In this document: piece after piece, positions 10,123 to 20,438 of the stretch | How positions within the stretch are numbered: position 1 is the first letter of the stretch | Layout of the letters: every line of letters starts with the position of its first letter | Assembly (NCBI GenBank): GCA_944372095.1 | Contig: CALVYG010000004.1 | Coordinates: forward strand, 7,504-71,503 | DNA from: an uncultured Clostridia bacterium | GTDB lineage: Bacteria > Bacillota > Clostridia > Christensenellales > DTU072 | Direction of reading: 5' to 3' | DNA: 64,000 nucleotides | Made by a program: the position numbers and the translations under genes | The notes under the pieces: generated by a model | The model's input: only the letters and a program-made list of their open reading frames with translations | The model's database searches: none | What the model was told of the DNA's origin: nothing

Positions 10123-10989
10123 ATGATAAAAATAAACGAAAAACTCGCCCGGTGTTATGACGAACTGGGCCGTATTGCCACGTCATCCGAAAGGATAGGG
10201 AGCAGCGTGCTGGGCAGAGAAATAATGCTGTTCAGGTTCGGAGAGAACGCGAAAACGCTTCTTACCGGAGGTATTCACGCCCGTGAATGGATAACGGTGC
10301 TGCTTCTTACCGAACTGGCAAAAAATGCAAAGCCGAAATCAGGGTATGACCTTGCCGTATGTCTTAATCCCGACGGAATGAGTTTATGTATCGACGGGCT
10401 TTGGTCGGTGGAGGACGATAAAACGAGAGAATTGCTTTTAACTCTGAACAACGGGAAAGAGGATTTTTCTCAGTGGAAGGCAAACGCCCGAGGAGTGGAC
10501 CTGAACGTAAATTTCGACGCAGACTGGGGGGAAGGACTGTATAATAAAACGGAAGCCGGAAGCGCGAATTATATAGGGAAAAAGCCTTTCAGCGAACCCG
10601 AAACGCGGGCGGCAGCCAATCTTCTTAAAAGAAATTACTCTCTCGTAGCGAGCTATCATTCTCTCGGAGAGGAAGTTTACTGGGGGTACGAAAGTAATTT
10701 CAGGCATTATAAAGAGGCGAAAGAATACGCAGATTATATAGGATATACGCTTAAAAGGAGCGAAAATTCTACGGGTGGATTAAAAGATTATTATGCGCTG
10801 AAATATGAAGGTTTAGGACTGACGGTGGAAGTGGGGGAAGACAAATACAAACACCCGTATCCGGAAAAGAAGTTAAGAAAGCTTGTAAAAAAGCATAAGG
10901 GAAGTATAGAATTACTTACCGAACTCGGAGAAAGAATAGATGAAAGACTACATGGAGGAAGCGATAAAGGAGGCGGAGAAAGCCTATAA
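10123..10989 (+). CDS. M14 family zinc carboxypeptidase / gamma-D-glutamyl-diamino-acid peptidase-like
   Basis: Zinc motif GGIHAREWIT, plus NPDG, VDLNVNF and SYHSLGE segments typical of M14 peptidases. Confidence 0.65.
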   Translation: MIKINEKLARCYDELGRIATSSERIGSSVLGREIMLFRFGENAKTLLTGGIHAREWITVLLLTELAKNAKPKSGYDLAVCLNPDGMSLCIDGLWSVEDDKTRELLLTLNNGKEDFSQWKANARGVDLNVNFDADWGEGLYNKTEAGSANYIGKKPFSEPETRAAANLLKRNYSLVASYHSLGEEVYWGYESNFRHYKEAKEYADYIGYTLKRSENSTGGLKDYYALKYEGLGLTVEVGEDKYKHPYPEKKLRKLVKKHKGSIELLTELGERIDERLHGGSDKGGGESL

Positions 10990-11386
10990 AGAGGACGAGG
11001 TGCCGATAGGGTGCGTTATTATTCATGAAGGAAAAATAATAGCGAGAGCGCATAACAGTAAGATTGCGGAAAACAATTCTCTTGCGCATGCGGAAATAAA
11101 GGCATTACATAAAGCGCAAAAAAAACTGGGAACGAAATATCTTAACGAATGTGAAATGTACGTAACGCTCGAACCGTGCGCAATGTGTGCGGGAGCGATG
11201 GTAAACGCAAGACTCGGGAAACTTCATTATGCATTAAAGGAGCCCAAAACGGGTTGTTGCGGAAGTGTTTTTGATTTGGTTTCAGGTAAGTTCAATCATA
11301 AGGTAGAAACGGAAAGCGGGGAAAAAGAAGCGGAGGCTTTAAAGCTTATGCAGGATTTTTTCAAGGAAAAAAGGAGAAAGCTATGA
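10940..11386 (+). CDS. tadA: tRNA adenosine(34) deaminase
   Basis: HAEIKAL and TLEPCAMCAGAM zinc motifs. GGAGAAAG RBS. Overlaps the 3' end of the M14 gene by 50 nt. Confidence 0.85.
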   Translation: MKDYMEEAIKEAEKAYKEDEVPIGCVIIHEGKIIARAHNSKIAENNSLAHAEIKALHKAQKKLGTKYLNECEMYVTLEPCAMCAGAMVNARLGKLHYALKEPKTGCCGSVFDLVSGKFNHKVETESGEKEAEALKLMQDFFKEKRRKL

Positions 11387-11940
11387 TAATAATCGGGCTG
11401 GGAAATCCGGGATTGAAATATAAAGGAACGTTGCATAACGTCGGATACGGCGTTGTGGAAGCGGCGGCGGAAAAACTGGGTAAAAAAATCAATAAACTCG
11501 AATGTTCGTCGCTGACTGCGGTGTGCGAGTACAACGGGAAAAAACTTGTTCTCGCAAAACCCGTAACGTATATGAATAACAGCGGAGAAGCGGTAAAAAG
11601 CCTTGTTTCAAAGTACGGCGCCGACGCGGGAGAAATAATTATATGTTACGACGATATAGACCTGGAACGGTTCGACGTGAGAATAAGAGCGAAAGGAAGC
11701 GCGGGAACGCATAACGGAATGAGGAGCGTTATCAGGGTTATGCAGACCGAAGATATAAAAAGATTAAGGATAGGAATAGGCAAGCCCGATTACGATTTGA
11801 AAGATTACGTTCTCGGTAAACCGTCAAAAAATGACGCCGCGCTCTTCAAGACGGTCTTTTCCGAATGTGCGGAGTTGTTGTTAAAATATGCTTCCGACGG
11901 TGATTTCGATAAATTTATGAGAGAGGGTAATTCTTTATAA
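11383..11940 (+). CDS. pth: Peptidyl-tRNA hydrolase
   Basis: IIGLGNPG...GTLHNVG and GSAGTHNGMRS motifs. Confidence 0.9.
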   Translation: MIIIGLGNPGLKYKGTLHNVGYGVVEAAAEKLGKKINKLECSSLTAVCEYNGKKLVLAKPVTYMNNSGEAVKSLVSKYGADAGEIIICYDDIDLERFDVRIRAKGSAGTHNGMRSVIRVMQTEDIKRLRIGIGKPDYDLKDYVLGKPSKNDAALFKTVFSECAELLLKYASDGDFDKFMREGNSL

Positions 11941-11942
11941 CA

Positions 11943-14900
11943 ATGGATAAAATTTTCGCGCTCGAACGCGGATTGCTTAAAAACATAAAAGACGCAGTCT
12001 TGAAAGGAAAGAGCGTAGCCGTATTCAACGCCGCACCCAATAACCGCTGCCATATTGCTTCCGGACTGGGAAAGAAATTCGTTTACGTAGCGGGAGACAT
12101 AAGCGAAGCGAGGAAGATATACGACAGAATATGCGAATACGGCGACGGCAGATACGCGTTGCTTCCCGAAAAAGAAGACGCGTTGATAAGAAGAAAAATC
12201 TGTGATTATCGGGCGCTCGGAGAAAGAACGCGGATATTAAAAGATATGATTGACGGCAAACTTGACGGGGTGGTTGTCACGACGGACAGCCTTATAGGAA
12301 TATACCCTGAAAAGAGCCGTTTTCTTTCGTCGGTAATTACGTTGAGAAAAAACCTGGAAACGGATACGTCCGTATTAGCCGAAAAGTTATTGTTTGCCGG
12401 ATACAGACGCGTTACGGAGGTGGATAAACCCGGGACGTTCCGTATGACGGGAGACGTATTGGAAATTTATCCGCCCGAGAAAGGAACGCCGTACAGAGTG
12501 GACTTTTTCGGCGACGAAGTTGAGAAGATATGTGAGTTTACCCCCGAAACGAGGGTATCGGGCGAGGAAACGGAAGAGCTTGAAATTCTGCCCGCAAGCG
12601 AAATATTAGTATACCAAGACGAAGTAAAAGGAATCCTGAATATATTCAGAAAGTCATTAAGGACAATAGCGCCCGAACTGAGGAATGCGGCGAACGAAGA
12701 GTGGGAGAACTTTGCCGCCCGTCCGTCAGGACCGCTTAACGTTTTTATGCTGCCTTATTTGAGGGCGCAGAGCGGAAAGTTTCTTTCGTATGCCGACGGC
12801 TATGTCCTGATTATTGACGACGCGAGAATGATAAGCGATAAACTGAAACTTTCCGTAAAGGCGTTTGAAAACAGGGTGGAAGCAATGACGGAGGGAGGGA
12901 AAGCGTTCCCCGAGCATAAAAAGTCGATATACGGAGCGGAAGAAAGCGTAAAGTTTTCCGGAAACACTCTTGCGTTCGGGAGAATAACGTCGTCGGCGTC
13001 GGGATACGGAGCGGAGGAAGCGTTCAATCTCAAAACAACTCCGCTGCCGCCGTATTATAACGATATGGAAGGATTTTTCACTACGGTGAAGCAATTGCTG
13101 TTCAGAAAAGTAAAAATCCGAGTATATGCGTCGGACGAAACAAGCGAGAAAGCGCTGATTAATGCTTTTCACGAACACGACGTAGGAATAACGGATAAGT
13201 TTACCGACGAAACCGATATAGGCATAGAGGTGGGAAAAGTCGGATACGGATTTTTCTATCCGACGGAAAACCTTATGTGCATAGGTATAAACGACCTGAC
13301 GAGAAAGACGTCGGCAGTTATCGTCAAGAAAAAGAGGCCCGCGGTATTCGAACTTCCCGATAAAGGCGATTACGTCGTACACGAGATACACGGAATCGGG
13401 ATAAGCGAAGGAATGCAAAGGGTAACGACTTTATCCGGTGAAAAAGATTATTTCGTAGTGCTTTACCGCGGAGGCGATAAACTTTTTCTTCCCGTGGAAC
13501 AGCTGGATACGATAGAGAAATACAACGGAGCGGACAAGCCCGCGCTGCATAAACTCGGAGGCGCGGAGTTCGAACGGGTAAAAAACCGCGTAAGAGCGAG
13601 CGTCAAGGAAATGGCGATAGATTTGCTCGAAGTGTACAAGGCGAGAGAAGGAAGAAAAGGATACGTGTATCAGGCGGATACGCCTTGGCAGAAAGAACTG
13701 GAAGACGACTTTGAATTTACCGAAACCGAGGACCAGTTAAACGCGGTAGCCGAGATAAAGCACGATATGGAAAGCGGAAAAATAATGGACAGACTCTTAT
13801 GCGGCGACGTCGGATACGGAAAGACGGAAGTTGCGGTAAGGGCAATTTTCAAAACGGTTATAGAAGGAAAGCAGGCGGCGGTGCTTGCGCCGACGACCAT
13901 ACTTGCACAGCAGCATTACAATCTTTTATGCGCGAGAATGAACAGATTCAAGCTTAAAATCGAATTGCTCAGCAGATTTGTTCCGGTTTCGGAAATAAAG
14001 AAGTCGCTGGAAAGAATAAAAAGCGGAGAAAGCAACATAATCGTAGCGACGCACAGGATACTCGGAAAAGACGTAATTTTCAACGACCTAGGGTTATTGG
14101 TGCTGGACGAGGAGCAGAGGTTCGGAGTGGAGCATAAAGAAAAGCTGAAAGCGATAAAGAGCACAGTCAACGTATTAAGTCTTTCCGCAACGCCTATTCC
14201 GAGAACGCTGCATATGGCGTTATCCGGGATAAGGGATATATCCACGCTGGAAACCCCGCCGAAAAACAGATTGCCCGTGGAAACCTACGTAACGGAATAC
14301 AGCGACGAATTGCTTAAAGACGCCCTTACAAGGGAGTTATCGCGTGGCGGACAGGCGTTTGTGTTATATAACAGAGTTCAGGGAATAGAAAAATTCTATC
14401 AGAAAGTGAACGAACTTGTCGGAGACAGAACGGAAGTAATCTATGCGCACGGACAAATGGACGAAGTTATGCTCGAAAACGCGATAAAAAAGTTTTACGA
14501 CGGGGAAGCTGGCGTGCTGGTATCTACGACGATAATAGAAAACGGAATAGATTTACCCAATGCGAATACGCTGTTTGTCGTGGATTCGGACAGGCTGGGG
14601 CTCAGTCAGTTGTATCAATTGCGCGGTCGGGTCGGGCGGAGCGACGTGCTTGCTTACGCTTATTTTACGGTAAAGGAAGGGAAAGTCCTTACCGAATCGG
14701 CGGTAAAGCGGCTTGACGCGCTTATGGCGAATACGGATTTGGGAAGCGGATTCAAAATTGCAATGAGAGATTTGGAAATCCGCGGAGCGGGAAACATTCT
14801 CGGAAGAGAGCAGCACGGACAGATGGAAAAGGTCGGATACGAAATGTATCTTAAACTTGTGAAAGAAGGAATAGACGAGGCGCAAGGGAAACCTGTTGCG

Positions 14901-15350
14901 GAAGAAAGAGAACCCGAACTTAAACTTGACGGAGATTTTGCGTTGGAAGAAAAATATATACCCGACGCAAAAGCGCGCATATCGGTATACAGAACGGCGG
15001 CGGAACTTGCTACAACCGCGGAAGGCACGGAATTTTATCGCAGGATATCCGATTCGTACGGAGAAAACGCAAGGCTTAAAAATATCATACGAATGGGAAT
15101 TCTGAAAAATCTGGCAAAAAAATGCGGTGTAAAAAAGGTCGTTGCGGACGGCACGGGAACGGGACTGTTCTTTTTCGATTCGGGAGTACTTGCGCACGCG
15201 GGGCTTTTCGGAGCGCTTGAAGAATATAAAAACGAAGCCGTACTTTGTCCGACAAATCCGCCGAGTGTAATTTTCAACGGAAAAAACAAGCAGACGTCGG
15301 CAAAACTTAAAATGTTGAAAGATTTTCTCGAAAAATTGTCCGCGGAATAA
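11943..15350 (+). CDS. mfd: Transcription-repair coupling factor
   Basis: 1135 aa. CarD-like segment (GDYVVHEIHGIG), helicase Walker A GDVGYGKTEVA, LVLDEEQRFGV, QLRGRVGRS. Canonical pth-mfd order. Confidence 0.95.
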   Translation: MDKIFALERGLLKNIKDAVLKGKSVAVFNAAPNNRCHIASGLGKKFVYVAGDISEARKIYDRICEYGDGRYALLPEKEDALIRRKICDYRALGERTRILKDMIDGKLDGVVVTTDSLIGIYPEKSRFLSSVITLRKNLETDTSVLAEKLLFAGYRRVTEVDKPGTFRMTGDVLEIYPPEKGTPYRVDFFGDEVEKICEFTPETRVSGEETEELEILPASEILVYQDEVKGILNIFRKSLRTIAPELRNAANEEWENFAARPSGPLNVFMLPYLRAQSGKFLSYADGYVLIIDDARMISDKLKLSVKAFENRVEAMTEGGKAFPEHKKSIYGAEESVKFSGNTLAFGRITSSASGYGAEEAFNLKTTPLPPYYNDMEGFFTTVKQLLFRKVKIRVYASDETSEKALINAFHEHDVGITDKFTDETDIGIEVGKVGYGFFYPTENLMCIGINDLTRKTSAVIVKKKRPAVFELPDKGDYVVHEIHGIGISEGMQRVTTLSGEKDYFVVLYRGGDKLFLPVEQLDTIEKYNGADKPALHKLGGAEFERVKNRVRASVKEMAIDLLEVYKAREGRKGYVYQADTPWQKELEDDFEFTETEDQLNAVAEIKHDMESGKIMDRLLCGDVGYGKTEVAVRAIFKTVIEGKQAAVLAPTTILAQQHYNLLCARMNRFKLKIELLSRFVPVSEIKKSLERIKSGESNIIVATHRILGKDVIFNDLGLLVLDEEQRFGVEHKEKLKAIKSTVNVLSLSATPIPRTLHMALSGIRDISTLETPPKNRLPVETYVTEYSDELLKDALTRELSRGGQAFVLYNRVQGIEKFYQKVNELVGDRTEVIYAHGQMDEVMLENAIKKFYDGEAGVLVSTTIIENGIDLPNANTLFVVDSDRLGLSQLYQLRGRVGRSDVLAYAYFTVKEGKVLTESAVKRLDALMANTDLGSGFKIAMRDLEIRGAGNILGREQHGQMEKVGYEMYLKLVKEGIDEAQGKPVAEEREPELKLDGDFALEEKYIPDAKARISVYRTAAELATTAEGTEFYRRISDSYGENARLKNIIRMGILKNLAKKCGVKKVVADGTGTGLFFFDSGVLAHAGLFGALEEYKNEAVLCPTNPPSVIFNGKNKQTSAKLKMLKDFLEKLSAE

Positions 15351-15581
15351 AAACCGCCTGTACGATAAAAAAGTTTTAACGCGAAAAAACGAACGGAGGG
15401 AATCCGCTACATTAAGCGAAGATTAAATATATATAACGTAGATATAATTACTTGATTTTTAGGGGAAAGTAGTGTATACTTTTTTGGTAACTTGTCGGCA
15501 CGGGCGCGGTTCGATGTCCGAAAGTCAATTATGTAAGGGCGGTAAATACCGCGAATTCACTCTCAAATAAGGAGTACGGTG

Positions 15582-18134
15582 ATGAAAAAGAAAGGATTAT
15601 TGTTATTGCTTATATGCACGTTATTCGTGTTCAGCGTGATTTTGAGCGCTTGTTCGCTTATCAAAGTCAATGAAGAACGGCAGGCGAACCGTGTGATAGC
15701 TACCGTAAGCGTTGACCTTGCGGAAAAATACGGCAACGGCGTTAAAGTTCTCGGTGACGATTGGAACTATAAAGTATCGATGGATATTACCCGCAGAGAG
15801 CTTGTTATAACGGTTAATTATGCAATAAATTATTATATGCAATTATACGAGGCGTACGGAATGACTTACAGCTATGACGCCGAAACATTGCTGGAATCGT
15901 CGCTTAAAACACTGAAAACGCAAAAATACAATACAATATGCGCTATGGGCGAACTGCTTGCCGAGTCAAAAAGCACGGGAAGATACGACGCTTTATACTG
16001 TCTGACGGAAGAGTATCAGAAAATATACGGAAAGACGCTTGTTCCCGTCGGCGTTCTTACGATAGCCGAAAGGTACGACGCGGTTAAGACCGTTAACGAG
16101 CAGTTGAATACTCAGCTTGAAGGGTATATAGACGACAGCGCGGACGAAGAAAGAGACAACGAAAAGAGCGAAGCGAACGATAAGCTTAACGGTTACTACG
16201 GAGACGGATATTTCGTGTCGGGAGTGACAATCGCGAAAAAGAACGCGGACGGAACGTTTTCTGACGGACTTTACGCAACCGAAGTAATAGACGACGGTAA
16301 CGAAGAGACGGCTGACCTTGATTATACAAAGGTTTACGCAAAGGTAAAAATGACTAAAAGCGGAAGCGAAGACGTATTTGTATATATACCGATAGAGGAA
16401 GAAGACTTGACGGTGGCGGAAGACGAAGAAGCCGGTACAACAGCAAAATATATGACAGCCAAACAGGCGACGATAAGCTATTCGGGAAGGGTATACGCAG
16501 AAGTTACCGAAGATAACGAAGACGGATACGAAGTGGAAGCGTTTACGTCCGACGCCGTAAAGTACACGCTTGTGACGCCGAGAACTTCGCCTTCGGCGGA
16601 CGAAGAAGAGGAGACAAGTCTACCCGAATCACTGCGTTATAAGAAAACGGAGGTATGGAACAACGAAAATGAATATACCGACGAAATGAAAGAACTCAAA
16701 ACCGATATATTCAATCCCAATCCGGAGACATATGCGGATAATGAAGAAAAAGACGCTTACAGGCAGCTTCGCAGTTCGCTTACTTCAAGTAATATAGGGT
16801 ATATTTCGGAAAATCCCGGGAAAGAGAACGACGCCGATTATAAGAATTACATTTATTACAACGGATTGGCATATTATTACGAGTCACAGTTTTCTACGGC
16901 GGTTCTCAGTGCGAAACAGTACGAAATCGGAGTGGAAACCAAAGTCAGCGGACAGGAAATAAATGCGGAATACGAACTTCTGGTTCTGAAAGACAAGGCG
17001 AATTACGAATATCTTTCCGACGAAGAACAGGTGACGAAATTTTTCAACGCGCTGAAAGGAAGCACGAGCAGCGATTCGTCGTCGTCAACTACAGCGGACG
17101 GACTTGCAAGCGTTTATTATGTTCCGATAGAAGCGTTATGTTCGGTATCGTACGAAGTCGACCCGACGGATAAATCGTATGCGCCGCTGTTTAAGTTTGA
17201 CAAAAACGGTAACGTTGTTGAGTATAACGAAACCTATGTTACGAAAAAAGAAGAAGAAGACGGAACGTATACGTATACGATGAAATATGCCTATAAGAAT
17301 ACGACAGACGGAACGTATACGATAAATATGATATATGTTACGCACGTTCTTTTGAGTTTCGATAACGTACCCGGTCTTGCCGACGAATATAAAAACGCTT
17401 CGGCAGATTATACCGACGAAGAAAAGATGGTGTTTATAAAATTTTTCGCGGAAAAAATAAAGACGTGTCCGCAACTTGAAAGTTTTCTTGCGGAATATGA
17501 CGCGGAAAAAGTATATAAAGTAAGCGACGTATTCGCAACCGACGATAACGGCAATCTGAAATATCAGACATATGAGGAAGCGGAAAAAGCGATAAACGAC
17601 ACACTTACCGAAGCATTTATTACCGGAAGTTTCGAAAAGCTGCTTAACGCGTTTATAAAACTTACGGAAATATATGACGACGACGGCGGGAAATTAACCG
17701 ATTCGGGATATGTCGTGAGCGCGGGAGATATGGAAAACGGCTGGTATGAAGATTTTACCGCCACGGCGCTGAATATGTATTTCAATTTACTTGTTAACGG
17801 AAAAGCGCCGACGGGATACGAAGAAGCGGACGGAAGCAAGTTTACCGACAGGGTTCAGGACGCGTATTCCGATTACGGAGTTCACAAGATGTTTATAAGT
17901 TTCGCGCCTCTTTACCACGTTGCAATCGACGACGACGGCGGAATAGGAATCAATACCGAACTTAATCTTGAAGGCTCGACGAGGTTTGACGAAATCAGGG
18001 AAAGCATACTTGAAACGAAGCGTTCGAAAGCGTATACGGATTGGATTGCAAAGATGACGGAAGAAGACGTAAACGAACATTCTACAACCAATGAGAAATA
18101 CTACGATTGGATTGTAAAAGACATAAAAGGCTGA
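15582..18134 (+). CDS. Lipoprotein, possibly a highly expanded and divergent PrsA/SurA-like foldase
   Basis: Signal peptide plus lipobox (VILSAC|S). Parvulin-like ends (VTHVLLSF ... SDYGVHKMFISF). Occupies the position after mfd where Clostridia usually carry prsA. ATG 15582 is 7 nt after AAGGAG. Confidence 0.45.
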   Translation: MKKKGLLLLLICTLFVFSVILSACSLIKVNEERQANRVIATVSVDLAEKYGNGVKVLGDDWNYKVSMDITRRELVITVNYAINYYMQLYEAYGMTYSYDAETLLESSLKTLKTQKYNTICAMGELLAESKSTGRYDALYCLTEEYQKIYGKTLVPVGVLTIAERYDAVKTVNEQLNTQLEGYIDDSADEERDNEKSEANDKLNGYYGDGYFVSGVTIAKKNADGTFSDGLYATEVIDDGNEETADLDYTKVYAKVKMTKSGSEDVFVYIPIEEEDLTVAEDEEAGTTAKYMTAKQATISYSGRVYAEVTEDNEDGYEVEAFTSDAVKYTLVTPRTSPSADEEEETSLPESLRYKKTEVWNNENEYTDEMKELKTDIFNPNPETYADNEEKDAYRQLRSSLTSSNIGYISENPGKENDADYKNYIYYNGLAYYYESQFSTAVLSAKQYEIGVETKVSGQEINAEYELLVLKDKANYEYLSDEEQVTKFFNALKGSTSSDSSSSTTADGLASVYYVPIEALCSVSYEVDPTDKSYAPLFKFDKNGNVVEYNETYVTKKEEEDGTYTYTMKYAYKNTTDGTYTINMIYVTHVLLSFDNVPGLADEYKNASADYTDEEKMVFIKFFAEKIKTCPQLESFLAEYDAEKVYKVSDVFATDDNGNLKYQTYEEAEKAINDTLTEAFITGSFEKLLNAFIKLTEIYDDDGGKLTDSGYVVSAGDMENGWYEDFTATALNMYFNLLVNGKAPTGYEEADGSKFTDRVQDAYSDYGVHKMFISFAPLYHVAIDDDGGIGINTELNLEGSTRFDEIRESILETKRSKAYTDWIAKMTEEDVNEHSTTNEKYYDWIVKDIKG

Positions 18135-18155
18135 CAGATATACAAAAATAAAAGA

Positions 18156-18192
18156 GAAATTATCCGTGAAAAAACTGCGGATAATTTCTTTT
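18156..18192 (+). terminator. Intrinsic terminator
   Basis: 11-bp stem GAAATTATCCG/CGGATAATTTC followed by TTTT. Confidence 0.75.
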
Positions 18193-18211
18193 AGACAAAA
18201 CGGAGAAAAAT

Positions 18212-19042
18212 ATGGCAGAATTTGATGTGGAATTAGTCGGTAAAGTCGGGAGCATGGCGCTTATAAACCGTGACCACGACGATATGGATTATAACATAAT
18301 AGCGAGGATAGGACGGTACCTTCATCCGGGAGTGATATGGGTAACGAGCGGAGCGTCGGAAATCGGGCGGCTGGATTATATCAAGAGAACGGGAAAAGAG
18401 CTGAACGGAGAAAACGACGAAGAAATAAAAGCGGATTATGCGGCGCAGGGGCAATGCGTACTTATGACGCAGTACCGTCAGTTTATCGACAGTAAGTACA
18501 GTTTAAGACAGATACTCGTCGAGCATCACCATTTCAACGACGCGGCAAAAAAAGAGCATTTAAGAAAATTGCTGCTCCGTTGCAAAGAACAGGGAGCCAT
18601 TCCGATAATAAACTACAACGACCCCGTAAACGACGAAGAAGTAAGGAAAATGGAAATAAGGTCGCTGATAATGGCGAGAGGGAAAGCGGTTGAATGTGTG
18701 GATAACGACGAAACCGCGAGCCAGATAGCCTGTCTGGTGAAGCCGAAAATTCTTGTTATACTGACCGGAGTAGACGGAATATACAAGAACAAAGACGACA
18801 AGGAAACGCTTGTAAGAGAGATATGCGGAGCAAGCGTATACGAAACGGTTGAACAAGTAGAATTGTACAGAAACTATTGTGACGGAGCGAGCAGAAAAGG
18901 CGCGCACGGAGCAAGAGCCAAACTCGGATATGTGGAAGAACCTCTGAAAAACGGAACAACGGTATTTATCGCAAACAGCAAATACAATATCGAAGATATT
19001 ATTAAAGGAAACGTTCCGTCAACGAAAATATATACGCGATAA
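18212..19042 (+). CDS. Amino-acid kinase family protein, glutamate-5-kinase (ProB)-like without a PUA domain
   Basis: Segments KVGSMAL, VTSGASEIG, IPIINYNDPV, DNDETASQIA and ILTGVDGIY are collinear with ProB motifs. No proA is nearby. Confidence 0.5.
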   Translation: MAEFDVELVGKVGSMALINRDHDDMDYNIIARIGRYLHPGVIWVTSGASEIGRLDYIKRTGKELNGENDEEIKADYAAQGQCVLMTQYRQFIDSKYSLRQILVEHHHFNDAAKKEHLRKLLLRCKEQGAIPIINYNDPVNDEEVRKMEIRSLIMARGKAVECVDNDETASQIACLVKPKILVILTGVDGIYKNKDDKETLVREICGASVYETVEQVELYRNYCDGASRKGAHGARAKLGYVEEPLKNGTTVFIANSKYNIEDIIKGNVPSTKIYTR

Positions 19043-19059
19043 AAAAATTTATTATTCAG

Positions 19060-19086
19060 AAACCGCCGACAGTACGGCGGTTTTTT
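19060..19086 (+). terminator. Intrinsic terminator
   Basis: CCGCCG-ACAGTA-CGGCGG followed by TTTTTT. Confidence 0.8.
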
Positions 19087-19229
19087 CAACTACGGAACGG
19101 TTTTGACAATCTTCATAAGGGTTTTTATGAAGCAAAGCATTAAGGTGTGTAATAAAAGCGCCTGAAAGGTGTTTTCAATAACGATTAAGCGTGGTACAAT
19201 AATTTATACATAAGCAGGAGGGGTAAGTA

Positions 19230-20240
19230 ATGGCAAAATCGGAAAATCAGAAAATAAAATTGGTAGTACTTCTCGATATACTGAAAATGTACAGCGACGA
19301 GGAACATCCGTTAAGCACCAACGAAATCATAAACAAACTTGCTTTTTACGGGGTAGAAACCGGGAGAAAAGCGCTGTATGACGATATAGAAACGCTGAAC
19401 AGATTCGGATACGAAGTAATAACCGTAAAATCGAGAAGCAATTTATATTACGTCGTAGACAGAAAATTCGACGCGGCGGAGCTGAGAATACTTATGGACG
19501 CGGTATTGTCGGCGGATTTCATAACGGAAAAAAAGACGGAAGAACTTACGAAAAAAATAGCCGAAATGGCGGGAGTGCATAAGGCAAAACTTATGACGAA
19601 AAACATAGTATATTCGGATACGGCGAAACATTCAAACGAAAAGGTGTATTATTCTGTCGACGCCGCTGACAGGGCGATTGCGGCAGGGAAAAAACTTACG
19701 TTCAGATACTTTGACCTTGATTGTCACGGGCAAAGGAAATACCGTAAAAACGGGGAAATATATACCGTAAATCCCGTTGCTCTTATATTTAACGAAAATA
19801 AATATTATCTGACCTGCTATAACGATAAATATATGAATTTATCCAATTATCGGATAGACAGAATGGATAACGTGGAAATGTCGGAAGAGGATATAACGCC
19901 GAGTCCCTGTAAGGATAACTTTAATGTAAACAGGCACAGGAAACAGGCGTTTTCGATGTATTGCGGAGAAACGGAAAAAGTTACGTTTTCCGTTACGGAA
20001 GACGCGTTGGAAGTGATATTCGACAGATTCGGGGAAAAGACGAAATTTGCTTATTACGGAGACAGATATAAATTTTCGGCAAATGTACAGGTAAGTCCGA
20101 CGTTTTACGGATGGTGTGCGTCTCTCGGAGAAAAAATAAAAATATTATCGCCCGTAAAAGTTGCGGAAGAATACAGAGAATATCTTAAAAATATCGTATT
20201 GCAGTACGCCGAAACGGATAAGGAAAACGAAGAGAAATAA
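19230..20240 (+). CDS. HTH + WYL domain transcriptional regulator
   Basis: N-terminal wHTH (KLVVLLDILKMYSDEEHPLSTNEIINKL). Central WYL-like segment (KYYLTCYN...NYRIDRM). 336 aa. Strong RBS AGGAGGGG. Confidence 0.7.
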   Translation: MAKSENQKIKLVVLLDILKMYSDEEHPLSTNEIINKLAFYGVETGRKALYDDIETLNRFGYEVITVKSRSNLYYVVDRKFDAAELRILMDAVLSADFITEKKTEELTKKIAEMAGVHKAKLMTKNIVYSDTAKHSNEKVYYSVDAADRAIAAGKKLTFRYFDLDCHGQRKYRKNGEIYTVNPVALIFNENKYYLTCYNDKYMNLSNYRIDRMDNVEMSEEDITPSPCKDNFNVNRHRKQAFSMYCGETEKVTFSVTEDALEVIFDRFGEKTKFAYYGDRYKFSANVQVSPTFYGWCASLGEKIKILSPVKVAEEYREYLKNIVLQYAETDKENEEK

Positions 20241-20275
20241 AAAAGTAAAAATAAAACCGTTAAAGCGGTAAAATA

Positions 20276-20305
20276 TTGACGGATAAAAAAAAAGAGTAAT
20301 ATAAT
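20276..20305 (+). promoter_or_regulatory. SigA-type promoter driving the FMN-riboswitch-like RNA
   Basis: TTGACG (20276-20281), 18-nt spacer, TATAAT (20300-20305). Confidence 0.6.
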
Positions 20306-20309
20306 CAAA

Positions 20310-20438
20310 AAAATTCTTTGGGCGGCAATAGCCGACCGGCGGTAATGCCTGAAATAAAAAGGACGAGTCCGACAGCCCCAACAGCCGATACGGTGAGATT
20401 CCGTAACCGCCTGTAAAGTCAGAATGGGAAAGAATTTT
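20310..20438 (+). promoter_or_regulatory. FMN (RFN) riboswitch-like aptamer, variant, with no downstream gene
   Basis: P1 helix AAAATTCTTT (20310-20319) pairs with AAAGAATTTT (20429-20438). GACCGGCGGTA at 20334-20344. ACGGTGAGATTCCGT hairpin at 20390-20404. CCGCCTGTAAAGTCAGAATGGGAAAGAA resembles the 3' core of known FMN aptamers (recalled from memory). Confidence 0.55.
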
